Assembly (NCBI RefSeq): GCF_006345805.1
Contig: NC_043000.1
Span: forward strand, 55,428,001-55,492,000
DNA from: Octopus sinensis
Lineage: Eukaryota
Length of the DNA: 64,000 nt
Direction of reading: 5' to 3'
Shown: piece by piece, positions 53,300-64,000 of the stretch
Layout of the letters: the number at the start of each line of letters is the position of its first letter
Position numbering within the stretch: position 1 is the first letter of the stretch
Made by a program: the position numbers and the translations under genes
The notes under the pieces: generated by a model
What the model was told of the DNA's origin: nothing
The model's database searches: none
Seen by the model: only the letters and a program-made list of their open reading frames with translations

Positions 53300-53800
53300 A
53301 AGACATAGGTCTGAGATTAACATAGGTATGAAATTAACCTCTCATTTTTCCTCTATAGTATCTTCTTTAGCTGCAACTTCGTTCCTTTTATCCCTTACTG
53401 ATAGTTTAATTTGGTCAATCCCTAATTCAGTTAATAATTTCCTGTTCAAAATGTTTTTTCTGACGTTGGCAAGTTTGTTGCTGTCCATGTAGGGTCCTAC
53501 TTCAAGGTGCTTCTGTCTCCAATTTAGGTAGATTTGTACAGCATTAGATTTATTTGTAGGGAAATATATGGCATGATACAAGGCCTTAAGAACATTTTTA
53601 TTATCTTTCCTACACCATTTTCATTCTTTTCTTTTGGTTATTTGATGACGAGCATAGATCGCCATCTGTTGGAATATTCTGGTTGTGGGGTACTTCCAGC
53701 TGCTGTGTTTCGGGAGGATTTGAACCTGTAGCTGATTTTTCGTACCCGGTCTAGTTCCTCACTGGGATGCGCGGACCTTGGTTAACCGGCTGACGGCAGA
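53300..53800 (-). mobile_element. 5'/N-terminal fragment of an R4/Dong-like element
   Basis: ORF 53342-53581 reads QIYLNWRQKH..PYMDSNKLANVRKNILNRKLLTELGIDQIK, resembling (from recall) the N-terminal DNA-binding region of this clade. Confidence 0.5.
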
Positions 53801-54330
53801 ATCAGTTTGTATTTTGCTTTGTTATCATTTGGGCATGATGTGCTTGGACGTTGACATTAGGGGATCAATCTGTCTGTTTAGGGTTAATTTTTTGAGACAA
53901 CACTGCCTCCGAATTCTTTGAATGAAAACATTGCTTGTAACATAGCTTCTTGAGGATAACAGATCTGTATTCGTCTGCTTTTGTTTTTTTTTTTATTTTG
54001 ACAGATTTATCTCCGGGCATAGTATTTGTGGTATTTTTAAACTTATGAATTGTTCACGTTATCTGTGTTATTTCGAAAAAAATTGTTTTATTATATTTTT
54101 GCTTCGTTTGTAACACATGCTTTCATATGCGTGCATCTGTGTCCTGTAAATTTCACGTAGTTATGTAAATATTGGGATGTATATGTTGTCGTACGGGTAT
54201 TATTTTCGTTAAAAGGCCGCTTCCATCAAGTCTTCCACAGCTTCCTTAGATTTGTTTTTGGATGGAGAGTCCGGTATAGCACATCCATGTTTTATTCAGC
54301 GCGGAGCTCCTTTTGTTATTCAGCGTGGAG

Positions 54331-54591
<261 letters not shown>

Positions 54592-55131
54592 GAGTGAGAG
54601 AGCAGTGCATCCCATCAAAGTGACACTAGGGTAGAATATACGAAGCCCAGTATACCAATCTGATAAGGGCACACTAGGAACATGCATCACAACCATATGT
54701 GCGCGACATTGTGATCTAATATCAACACAAACAGCACATGACCTTGCAGGTGGGGCCCAGTTAGAATATTCTTCTGATTGAGTAACCCATCCCGCTCAAA
54801 AGATCCCTGAATAATGATTGTTTAAGGATGTTGAACGAAACACCCGTGTTTCCAGAGGTGAATTATTCAAACCCCAAAGAATCCCTCTCAACACATGGCT
54901 ATGATGCTCCCCCACTACTTCTGCTCATAATCAGAGATGCACATATCGTCAGCCAATAAAGGACATGCTCAACTGGTTAAGGTCAAACAACTGTCAAGCA
55001 AATCTGTTGTATTGAGCAGAATATTTGCTGTAGCCCATCTTTTATACCAAGACAAAGCAATGTACATGGTAACACTTCCAATCAGTTAAGATCAGAAACC
55101 ACGGGAACCACTTCCTGGTACTGCATCAGGG

Positions 55132-55132
<1 letters not shown>
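54592..55132 (-). mobile_element. ~540-bp non-coding retroposon embedded in (ATT)n
   Basis: Bounded by ATT repeats on both sides; same left end GAGTGAGAGAGCAG as the copies at 55307 and 36637; strand inferred from the truncation pattern. Confidence 0.75.
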
Positions 55133-55198
<66 letters not shown>

Positions 55199-55306
55199 TA
55201 GTTTTATTTTTATAGCGTGCTTTCACTTCACTACCGAGCGCAGCTCTGTGTGCCTTGGGTATGTGCTGTGATTTGTTGTGATGCTCTTATTATTATTATT
55301 ATTATT

Positions 55307-55638
55307 GAGTGAGAGAGCAGTTCATGCCATCAAAGTGACACTGGGGTAAAATATACGAAGCCCAATATACCCATCATGACTACCCGTCTGATAAAGGTAC
55401 ACCAGGCACATGCATCACAACCATATGTGCGTGACATGGTGATCTCATATCAAGATAAACAGCACATGACCTTGCAGGTGGGGCCCAGTTAGAATTTTCT
55501 TCAGGTTGAGTAGCCCATCCCGCTCAAACGGTCCCTGAATAAGGGTTGTTTAAGGATGTTGAAAGAATAAGGGTTGTTTAAGGATGTTTCCAGAGGTGAA
55601 CTATTCAAACCCCAAAGAATCCCTCTCAACACATGGCT
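55307..55638 (-). mobile_element. Truncated second copy of the 54592 element, with a small internal duplication
   Basis: Colinear with 54592-54900; GAATAAGGGTTGTTTAAGGATGTT is duplicated; flanked by (ATT)n. Confidence 0.8.
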
Positions 55639-57689
55639 ATTATTATTATTATTATTATTATTATTGGATAGTAAAAGTTGTTTGAACATCGAAGAAATTA
55701 ACTTAGATGTTTATTTCGTCATTTTACTTTCAGAGTTTAAATCCCACTGAGGTTAGTTTTGCCATACTTCTGGAGTCGACAAACTGATTTACCAAATAAG
55801 TACTGTACGGACGTTAATGCAATCTGCTGGCACTTCTTGCCAAAATAGCTAGTCTTGTGTTAAAATTAGCAATCATTATTATTATTACGTTTGTTGCTGG
55901 TATTGTTAAGAGACTAATATTTTTCAGTAGCCTCTGCATTTGTTTAGTGCTCTGTTTTATTCCTTTATTTAGTACTGTTGAATTCAGAATATTCTATTAT
56001 CAGTTCAGCGTCTAGTAAAACTATTTGTTCTTGGGTGTGCGCTATTTCTAAGTCCTACAATTTTTGGGCATATAGTTTTTCTTTATATTCAATCATCCAC
56101 ATTGTGTGTGGTCTTTTCTATTGTATCTTTAAATCGCCATTGTTTTCTTTACTATTCACAATGCAGGCATACCTTTCTGTGTGTTAAAGCTCTATGACAT
56201 GTCTCTTGGTATATTCTTTTTATAGTTAAGTTTGAACTCTTAGAAAATCATTTTATTTCGTCTCAACCGCCACATGGTCTGCAGTTACTTAATGGTCTTT
56301 CTTTCCTTCACTTTTACTTTCATTCTCTAACACCATTGTAGGTTAAGTTTTAGCTTTTTACATTTTTTTGTCTTGTTTCTCTACACAACTGTCTGTCATT
56401 TCAGCTCCTGGTTATTTGACGGCTTTCTTGAAGAGGGAAAACAGGTTTTCTTGTTCGTGTTTTGTAGCTATTTGAATTGAATTTCCATTATTCTTCGGTA
56501 GATAGTTTCGTACTTCTACATTAGATATTTCATAATAGTTTTCAGGTAACAAGTACTCACTTTCTTCCAAAATACGTAGGCTGTTATACCCAATTGCAAA
56601 TGCAGTTATATTTTTTTTGTGTTTCCTTTCTCGTCTTGTTAATGTAGTCTGCAGTTGAAAATACAATGTCTAAAGCAATGGAAAGACAGGAAATTTTGTA
56701 CCTACTACATCTTAGCATTTAGCATTCTTTTAATGTAAACCCAATGCATCTATCAATGTCGCTAATTAATTTTCCTCTCTTTAATGTTGACTTTACACAA
56801 TTTTCTAGAATGGCTGTGATATATTCAGGCAGTGTCTCCAACACTGTTCACAATTGTTTGTCACCTGCAGTCTATCACTCGATGTCATCTATATACAAAA
56901 GATTGTTGCTAACCCTATCTGTAGCATTTGCATGTTTCATCATGTTTAACATACGTCTTAAAAGATATAGTATCAGACAGAAAAGAGTGAAATGAGAAAA
57001 TTCATCTTCTCATTGCGGTGTTTAAATTTTTTATTTTTCTATTTTGTCCGTATGTGAAGAAAATTATATGCTGTTTAAACATAACGAGTTTTAATGCAAC
57101 TCATATTGTCTGTCCCATCATTTCGGATTGTAAGGTCATTTACCTGGCATTTTATATTTTCTCTGTTTACTAATACTAAAACAGGCCCTTCAGCTTCTCT
57201 TAATCGATCAGTCTAAATGTTAAAATCGCATATCTTATACATCTTACTTTCAAAATTTTTACTTGGTTCATGTCCATACCCACTTATTGGTAAGTTAATA
57301 TGCTAACTTTTCAATATAAATCCCAGTGTCTTATTCTCCCTAAGTTATCGTGTCTTTTCTAATACGCTAATTTCTCACCATACTGTGGTTCACCCATCGC
57401 GGTTCACCTATCGCAGTTTATTATTTAAGTTTACGTCGATTACTCCGTGCTGTTGTTTTGCATTTATAATAAATATATATATATATACAAATTATAAAAA
57501 TAATAAAAAAATATACTGTACTGTTTCTACTTGTTTCTACTGTGGACTTTCACATATCAGGTGGGGTTGAACGTAATACCTGCGATAGTCGAGAGATTAC
57601 TTTATTCTTTCTGTACCAGCATACTACATTTGCTAAATATATGAGTTACCTTTCTTCCCTTGATCGTTTGTGCATCGCAGAAAAGACCT

Positions 57690-57870
57690 TCCGATATTTC
57701 TTCCCCGGTTCGTTGCGTTCTGTGTTCAAATCCTGACGAAGTAAACGTTACATTTTATCCTTTCGAAGTAGATAAAATAAAATACTAGTCAAGTGTTTAA
57801 ATCGATGGTATCGATTATTCTTTCTCCTTATATTTGCTGGCCTTGTGCCCACATCAAAAACAATTATTAT
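57690..57870 (+). mobile_element. Degenerate SINE family A
   Basis: CGTTCTGTGTTCAAATCC, TTTATCCTTTCG, GATAAAATAA, GCTGGCCTTGTGCC. Confidence 0.65.
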
Positions 57871-59763
57871 TGATTGCATCATTATTATCAATAGCATCGT
57901 CATCATCATCACGATCACCATCATCAATAGAAGCAGCAGTAGTAGTATTGGCATAAAATGTAAAATGCATTTTAAAGTGATAATCAGCGTCATGTAAATA
58001 TGTGTAAGTGTGCAGATGGACGGTGTAAGTACAGTTGTGCGGGTATTTGTGTGTGTGTGACTGTGTCTGTGTGTCTGTAAGTGTGTGTCTCTCTGTGTGC
58101 GTGAACGTGCTCTGCATGTTAAATTTGCGAAATCTAATTTCTTGTAATGTTTGACATTTTGAATAAGATAGGACATCATATATGTATATACATCAGGCTG
58201 CTTATGTAACCGATACAAAAAATAAATGCCAAGATATCTTATAAATATATTATTTTATACAAATGAGCGTATAATACAATATCGTTGTTTTTTTTCCTTT
58301 GATAGCATGAGCATAGGAACTATAATATTTACGAAACGTAATCCTTCTTACTTAAAATGTTGTTGAAACAATTTCAAATTTTATCATGTAGGAATTAGAA
58401 TAAATCATTACATCATATGAAAATACTATTTTTTATTTTCCTTCACTTAACAATCACAAGTGATTTCCGAACAAGTATTCGTAATTTAAGATTATCATAC
58501 AGGACTAAGTTAAACTCAGTATTTTAATCATCGGATAATGAATCACACCATGTTCATTAGGTTTCCCTACCCACGACTATGCCGCATTTAACTTTTGAAA
58601 CTTAGTATCATCCGTTTGATTTTTCAGCAGCAATCATCTCCAGTGAAAATTATTATTAGATTTTGTTCAATGAGTATTCTAAGCAGAACACATTATTTTT
58701 CAATGACTGACACATTAAACATTGAAACGAAACTTCTTGTTTTTCTTTTTAATTCGTGACTTGATTATGAGGGTGTGTATTTGTAGAAGTCCGAAAAGCA
58801 AAAGCAAGTGTAAACATAATCAGAAACCAGTTTATTTTGTAATATTTAATGAAATAGAATAAAGTGAATTGATAATAATTTGAACTCAACAGTTTGATTT
58901 TCGATTTGCATATCCGAATTCAGTAAAAAAGAAAAATAGAAAGAAGAAAAAACTAAGATAGTAATAAAATGCAGCTATTCTAATAAAACCATATTTTGAT
59001 TCAAAGCAATGCTGTTTTTCAAAATGTTATCACAATTAATCGATCAAGCAGGTAACAATTTGGAAATTTTAGTAACAACTTCAGCATATTTCCTTAAAGG
59101 TACCACATAATCCTTGTGTCAAATTGAAAAATATTTATCCACGTCATCGCTATAGTAATTTTGCTATTTATATATTACTCCAACACTGGATATACCTACA
59201 GAGAACTAATATAAAAGAGTCGGTTTTAATAAACTGCCTAAAGTCGTAAAAAGTAATTCCAAATATATGGATTATGTTACATTGCGCTTCGCTTTCATCG
59301 TTTTTTCATCTCAATTAGCAATATTTCTTTATATTGAACAGTTGGTGACTAACGGTTTTTTTAGCTATACCGAAGATCATGTTAAAATGTAGCATGCAAT
59401 AAGTTACTTTGATCAAATATTTGTAATTGCAAAACACTGCTTTTGGCAACGTGTAATAAACGAAATTTCAGTACTTGGCATAACACCCCAATAAGAATGC
59501 AAGCAAAAATAAAATAAAGAAAATCACAATCAAATAGAAAATAACAATATTACATTAATAAGAGTAATAATAATTTCGAAGACAGTATGTAGACACATAC
59601 AAATTATAAGCATAAATTTGCTGAAAATTATTCAATTCTTATCAAAAAAATGATGAAAAAGTACAAAAGAGACGAAATATATATAATTTGGAAATAGTGG
59701 GCTTATATCAACCCCTCAAAACACTGTCTACACCATGTTACACTTTACTAACAAATTAATGCA

Positions 59764-60201
59764 ATTAATAGTTATCGCCATGCTAATATGGCAGTCCAGA
59801 AATATAGGACGAATGCTGCCGTTGATTAGCTCCAAGATGCCATCGCCTCTAGCTAGCAATGTGACACACGAACCTGTGTTCGTTATAACCTTCGAACCGG
59901 AGAAGTCAGTCTCTTCCCCTTGCTGGTCAGGCATCTGCAGACTAGTTTCAGGGTGTTTGCCCCTTATCAAGGCAGAGCAGCCGAACCCAGCAGGCGTCAC
60001 TACTGACCGTCTGTTCGAAGGATTATTTACCTAAATGACCAGCAAGGGGAAGCGGCTGACCTTCCCTGTTCGAAGGTTATAATGGACACAGGTTCGTGTG
60101 TCACATTGCTAGCTAGAGGCGATGGCATCTGGGAGCCCATCAACGGCAGCATTCGTCCTGTGTTTCTGGACTGCCATATTAGCATGGCGATAAATATTAA
60201 T
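59764..60201. mobile_element. Fold-back element: ~165-bp arms (59764-59929 and 60036-60201) around a ~105-bp spacer
   Basis: AGATGCCATCGCCTCTAGCTAGCAATGTGACACACGAACCTGTGT is exactly inverted in the right arm; both ends are ATTAAT. Confidence 0.92.
59934..59976 (-). ncRNA. Degenerate minimal type I hammerhead motif in the fold-back spacer
   Basis: tctgcc-UUGAUAA-gggg-caaaca-ccct-GAAA-ctag-UC-tgcaga. Two core substitutions relative to CUGAUGA, 4-bp stem II, palindromic stem III, GUC triplet, stem I pairs 5 of 6. Confidence 0.55.
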
Positions 60202-61234
60202 ATCCAGTACCGCTGCTGTAGTCTCCTTTAGAGAGACTTAGAAATAATAATATTTCTATTAATGCAATTAATTAGGTGGAAACGACGTAGTAATATATTT
60301 ACAATGTTGTTTAGTCAAAGGTTTGCCCACATCAAGCATTTCAGCCATGAGCATACAGTTTTCTAATAATATGCATCGTGACTCTAGGTCTACAATAGTC
60401 AATGAATTATGTTTTAATACAGAACTGTGTGATTTACGAACAATTGGTTGGGATTTTTAACAGACTGAGCGATAGCCTGGTGGCCCCTTCAACGTCTTAT
60501 CAAGTTAAGATGAGATTTATCTTTTTAGGCAGGCCCTTTAGCCGCTGTTCAAACAACATACTAGTTGTGATTTTTCAGGAAAATGTCTCCAAAAATGTGG
60601 GAAAAAATAAGAAAATATGGGTATTGATATACATAATTAAAAAAAGATGATAAAAGAAAAGTGTAAAATAAGTTTGTATTGAAAACCCAGTTAAATGCTA
60701 GATATTAAATTATAGATACCTAACAATAAGAATCACTCATAAACAACAACAATTTTAAAAATTTAATTGGAAGTGAATTTTAAGAGGTCCGGACGAACAT
60801 TCTCTCAAGCAGGTCTATGGAAATATTATTGTGTAACGTTTATTCAATTTTTCATTTTTGTAATTCAGACGTTTAATGCAGGAAAGATTTAATTGATAAC
60901 CCCCCTGTCAAAATCCTGGTTAAGTCTTGGAATATGTCTGGGACAATTCTTAGAAATAACCTAAGAAATTGTTGTGTAGACGCCCCCAGACGATGAAGTA
61001 GTTTAGCCCAATACGTTGATATAGAGAGAGAAGTCTAGCAGTCGTAGACTAGTCAGAGGGGAGTAGTAGTAGAGTAGTGTTGAGTAGAGGTCATCCGAAC
61101 GTGCGACATAACAGAAATACAATTATTTTAAGAAAAACCAGAAGAACTTTCCTTCCTCTTCATATGCACTTGGGGAACAATACTAATAAAAACTATTTAA
61201 TAGCTTGGCATGCAATTGAAGTACGAACTGATAT

Positions 61235-61277
<43 letters not shown>

Positions 61278-61889
61278 GATAAATTCATTTCGCAAAAATC
61301 TTTCACAAAGTCTGTCACAGTTTCAAAGTCATTATGCATATAATACACAAGACACGAATCTGTTCAAATGATTAGGTTGGAAATGTGTTATAATGGTAAT
61401 GAAAATCTTATTATAATTACAAATATATATTGCTATGAGAATATTAATAATAAGAATCATATCAAACTGTGGTACAATGCCAAACAGTTTTGGAGAGGAT
61501 ATAGTCTATTTGATCGAATTCAGTAACTGTTTCATATCAATTTTATCGTTTCTGGCAACTTCAAATGAAATATGGAGCTCGATCGGATTTTAAAAGGAAG
61601 GAAAATCTGCGTAAACACTCAGCATAGAGCATTTACATTGTCGCTACACCGGCTGAAACTTTGGCATAAAAACAAGTTTAGAAAGGAGGTTTGACGATTG
61701 CATCAAGCTCAGTACTTAAAAGATACTTTATTTTGCGGACATCGATAGAATAAAAAGGCAAAGTCGATCATGATATAATGTGAAAACAGAATTAACAGCT
61801 TTTCAGAAACACTGCAATGCATATTCCTGATGGTATAATGTGTCTATAGAGATCGCTTCATTAATAACAATGATGATCATAATAATAAT

Positions 61890-62088
61890 CCTGTCTACGA
61901 AAGGCACACGGCCCGAAATTTGTGGGGAGGAGGCTAGTGGATTATATCGACCCCAGTGGGTCACTGGTACTCGAAAGGATAAAAGGTAAAGTCGACCTCA
62001 GCGAAATTTGAACTCAGAACTTAAAGACAGACGAAATGCCGATAAGAATTTTTCCCTGTGGGCTAACGATTCTGCCAGCTTGGCGCCT
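61890..62088 (-). mobile_element. SINE family A
   Basis: Reverse complement reads GGCGCCAAGCTGGCAGAATCGTTAGC..GAGTTCAAATTTCGCTGAGGTCGACTTT. Confidence 0.82.
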
Positions 62089-62093
62089 TATAC

Positions 62094-62168
<75 letters not shown>

Positions 62169-62174
62169 TAATAA

Positions 62175-62265
<91 letters not shown>
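62094..62265. repeat. (AAT)n microsatellite
   Basis: Directly visible. Confidence 0.95.
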
Positions 62266-62266
<1 letters not shown>

Positions 62267-62445
62267 TCCTAGACTTGCCCAAAACCACTACATGTTGTGG
62301 CGACACGACCAGGTAGCGAAAGTGCTACACTGGAAACTGCGGAAAGTGGGGCTAAAGAGAAACAAGACGTGGTATGAGTACCAACCCCAGAGAGTGGTGG
62401 AGTCGGAGACTAGCAAAATCCTCTGGAATTTCCCAATCCAGATAC
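62266..62445 (+). mobile_element. R4/Dong-like fragment (RHD region), same family as 36823-37318
   Basis: WRHDQVAKVLHWKL..WYEYQPQRVVESETSKILWNFPIQ, starting directly after (AAT)n. Confidence 0.8.
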
Positions 62446-64000
62446 TCAATGTGCGTGCAGATACTCCAATGTTCGATTTCCTGGAGTCAGAAATAGAGGT
62501 CAATAATTCTCTAATAATCTTATTCCGTCTAATGGCCACAATAGGCAGCTGAGGAAATATCTGTTTGAAACGAGGATAATTTTTCGTTCATGCTGGTGAC
62601 TTTCATACAACACTTTTGAAATGCCATTATGGTTTACAAAAATGACATGTAACATTACAGCTACGCTGCTCCGCCGTTCTTGTGTCTATTGAATGGCTTT
62701 CGTTCTCTCATGTCTGTGAGTAAGTGCCTTATCTCTGACAATGCAAACTTCGTGCTTCGCGTCGAAAAAAGGGTGAAGGGCAAATCTTAGCGGAGCACGT
62801 CGGTTGCAAATCTTTTCCTAGGCGTTTTTCGAAGATTCTATGTCTCTATTCTCGTTCGTTTTCTCTAACGCAACGAAATCTTATAGATTGTACAGTTCCA
62901 AGGTTCGCCCAAATTTCATCACGGTATCTTTTTACTTTTAGTATCATGCTATGGTTTCCCAACCTACAAATTTCACCACTTGCTACTTCGGGTGATGTAT
63001 CTAAGATTTTTACTCGATTCACTTTCTGTTCTATGTAAATAGGAAGAAGTGTAAAATATTCAAATATTTGTGGGGCGGTGAAATACTTCTAAGCTAAAGT
63101 TTCCGAATGAAAGATATCTTGGATATATGCGAGATACTTATATGCATGAGCATGACACACAAAACTGATGCATAATCAAATGATTTTGTTTAAATTGTCT
63201 TACTTAGTCTGAAGGTATACGCTCCAATCTGTGTTTTTTCATAGATAAGCATATATACAGCATTGTTTTGCTTCAGATGTTATCTAAAAGGTGTCGTGGT
63301 ACATTGGTCGCATATTTTCTGTTTTAGTCTATTCATGTGTTTCTGCGCTCCATTTAAACATTCATGTTTATTGCGCAATAGGATGAAATGGAACAAGTTT
63401 GTTATCTTAGCAAAAAACAAAGAAAATTATTAATTGCTGAGGTTTCACTGCTGCTGTTGATTGCATTATCGTGATCACTGATTTTGTTGTTTCTCATTGA
63501 GATATTGGAGCTATTGTTGCCGTTGTTATTATTATTTTTATGTTGTTGTTGTTATTCTTGCTGTTGTTGTTGTCGTTGTTGCTGTTGTTGATATTGCAAG
63601 CTTATTTGATTGGCATGTCATTGTTTCTGTAATCACAACTGTTCTTGATTGCTTTTCTTGCTAGGGCCAATGCTTCTAAAATTATTAAATACTAATATGT
63701 ATGCCCCATTGTGATAATTGGTGACTGCAAAAAACGGTTTCAGCTTCAAACGCTTCTCCCACATTACTCTCTGGACGACACGGAGGACACCATTTTGAAG
63801 GTTTCGTTTCGAAAGGTTTTCACTCCTAAATCAATTTGCCCCATAAACTGAGTAACAGAAACGGTTAATCAGTCCTTTATGGTCTTAGGCAAATAAAAAA
63901 CACGTTAAAAGAATAAAATCAGCAAAACTCAAATTTCCATTTAGGAAAACAAGGCATAGACTCACGGTGTTTCCAAAACATGTTGGGTTTAGGAGATAAG

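Noticed and set aside
62547-62580. CTGAGGA-aatatctgttt-GAAA-cg
   Set aside because: Weak stem II and no NUH triplet or stem I.
62730-62760. ISDNANFV, integrase-like motif
   Set aside because: No flanking integrase motifs or LTRs.

Overview
AT-rich, microsatellite-dense eukaryotic (animal) genomic DNA. It is most likely from an octopus or related cephalopod, judging from two recurrent tRNA-type SINE families; this is an inference from recognition, not a database result. I found no convincing host protein-coding exon, and almost all ORFs in the track are microsatellite read-throughs or decayed transposon frames. The window is a transposable-element graveyard: two Tc1/mariner-superfamily relics, a mariner MITE, a full-length decayed hAT element with an 8-bp TSD, several R4/Dong-like (RLE) non-LTR retrotransposon pieces nested in (TAA)n or (CATA)n tracts, many SINEs, and at least six long inverted-repeat (fold-back) structures. 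Two signals stand out. (1) Several minimal type I hammerhead-ribozyme motifs occur in unrelated repeats, including one per unit of a 915-bp tandem duplication and one in the loop of a fold-back, which suggests Penelope or retrozyme-like elements. (2) A ~1.17-kb element encoding only an ORF1/Gag-like zinc-knuckle protein sits in the A-box region of a SINE with a perfect 16-bp TSD, directly behind a diverged relative that ends at the same target, suggesting an ORF1-only, SINE-targeting retroposon. Coordinates were counted by hand and may be off by a few bases.
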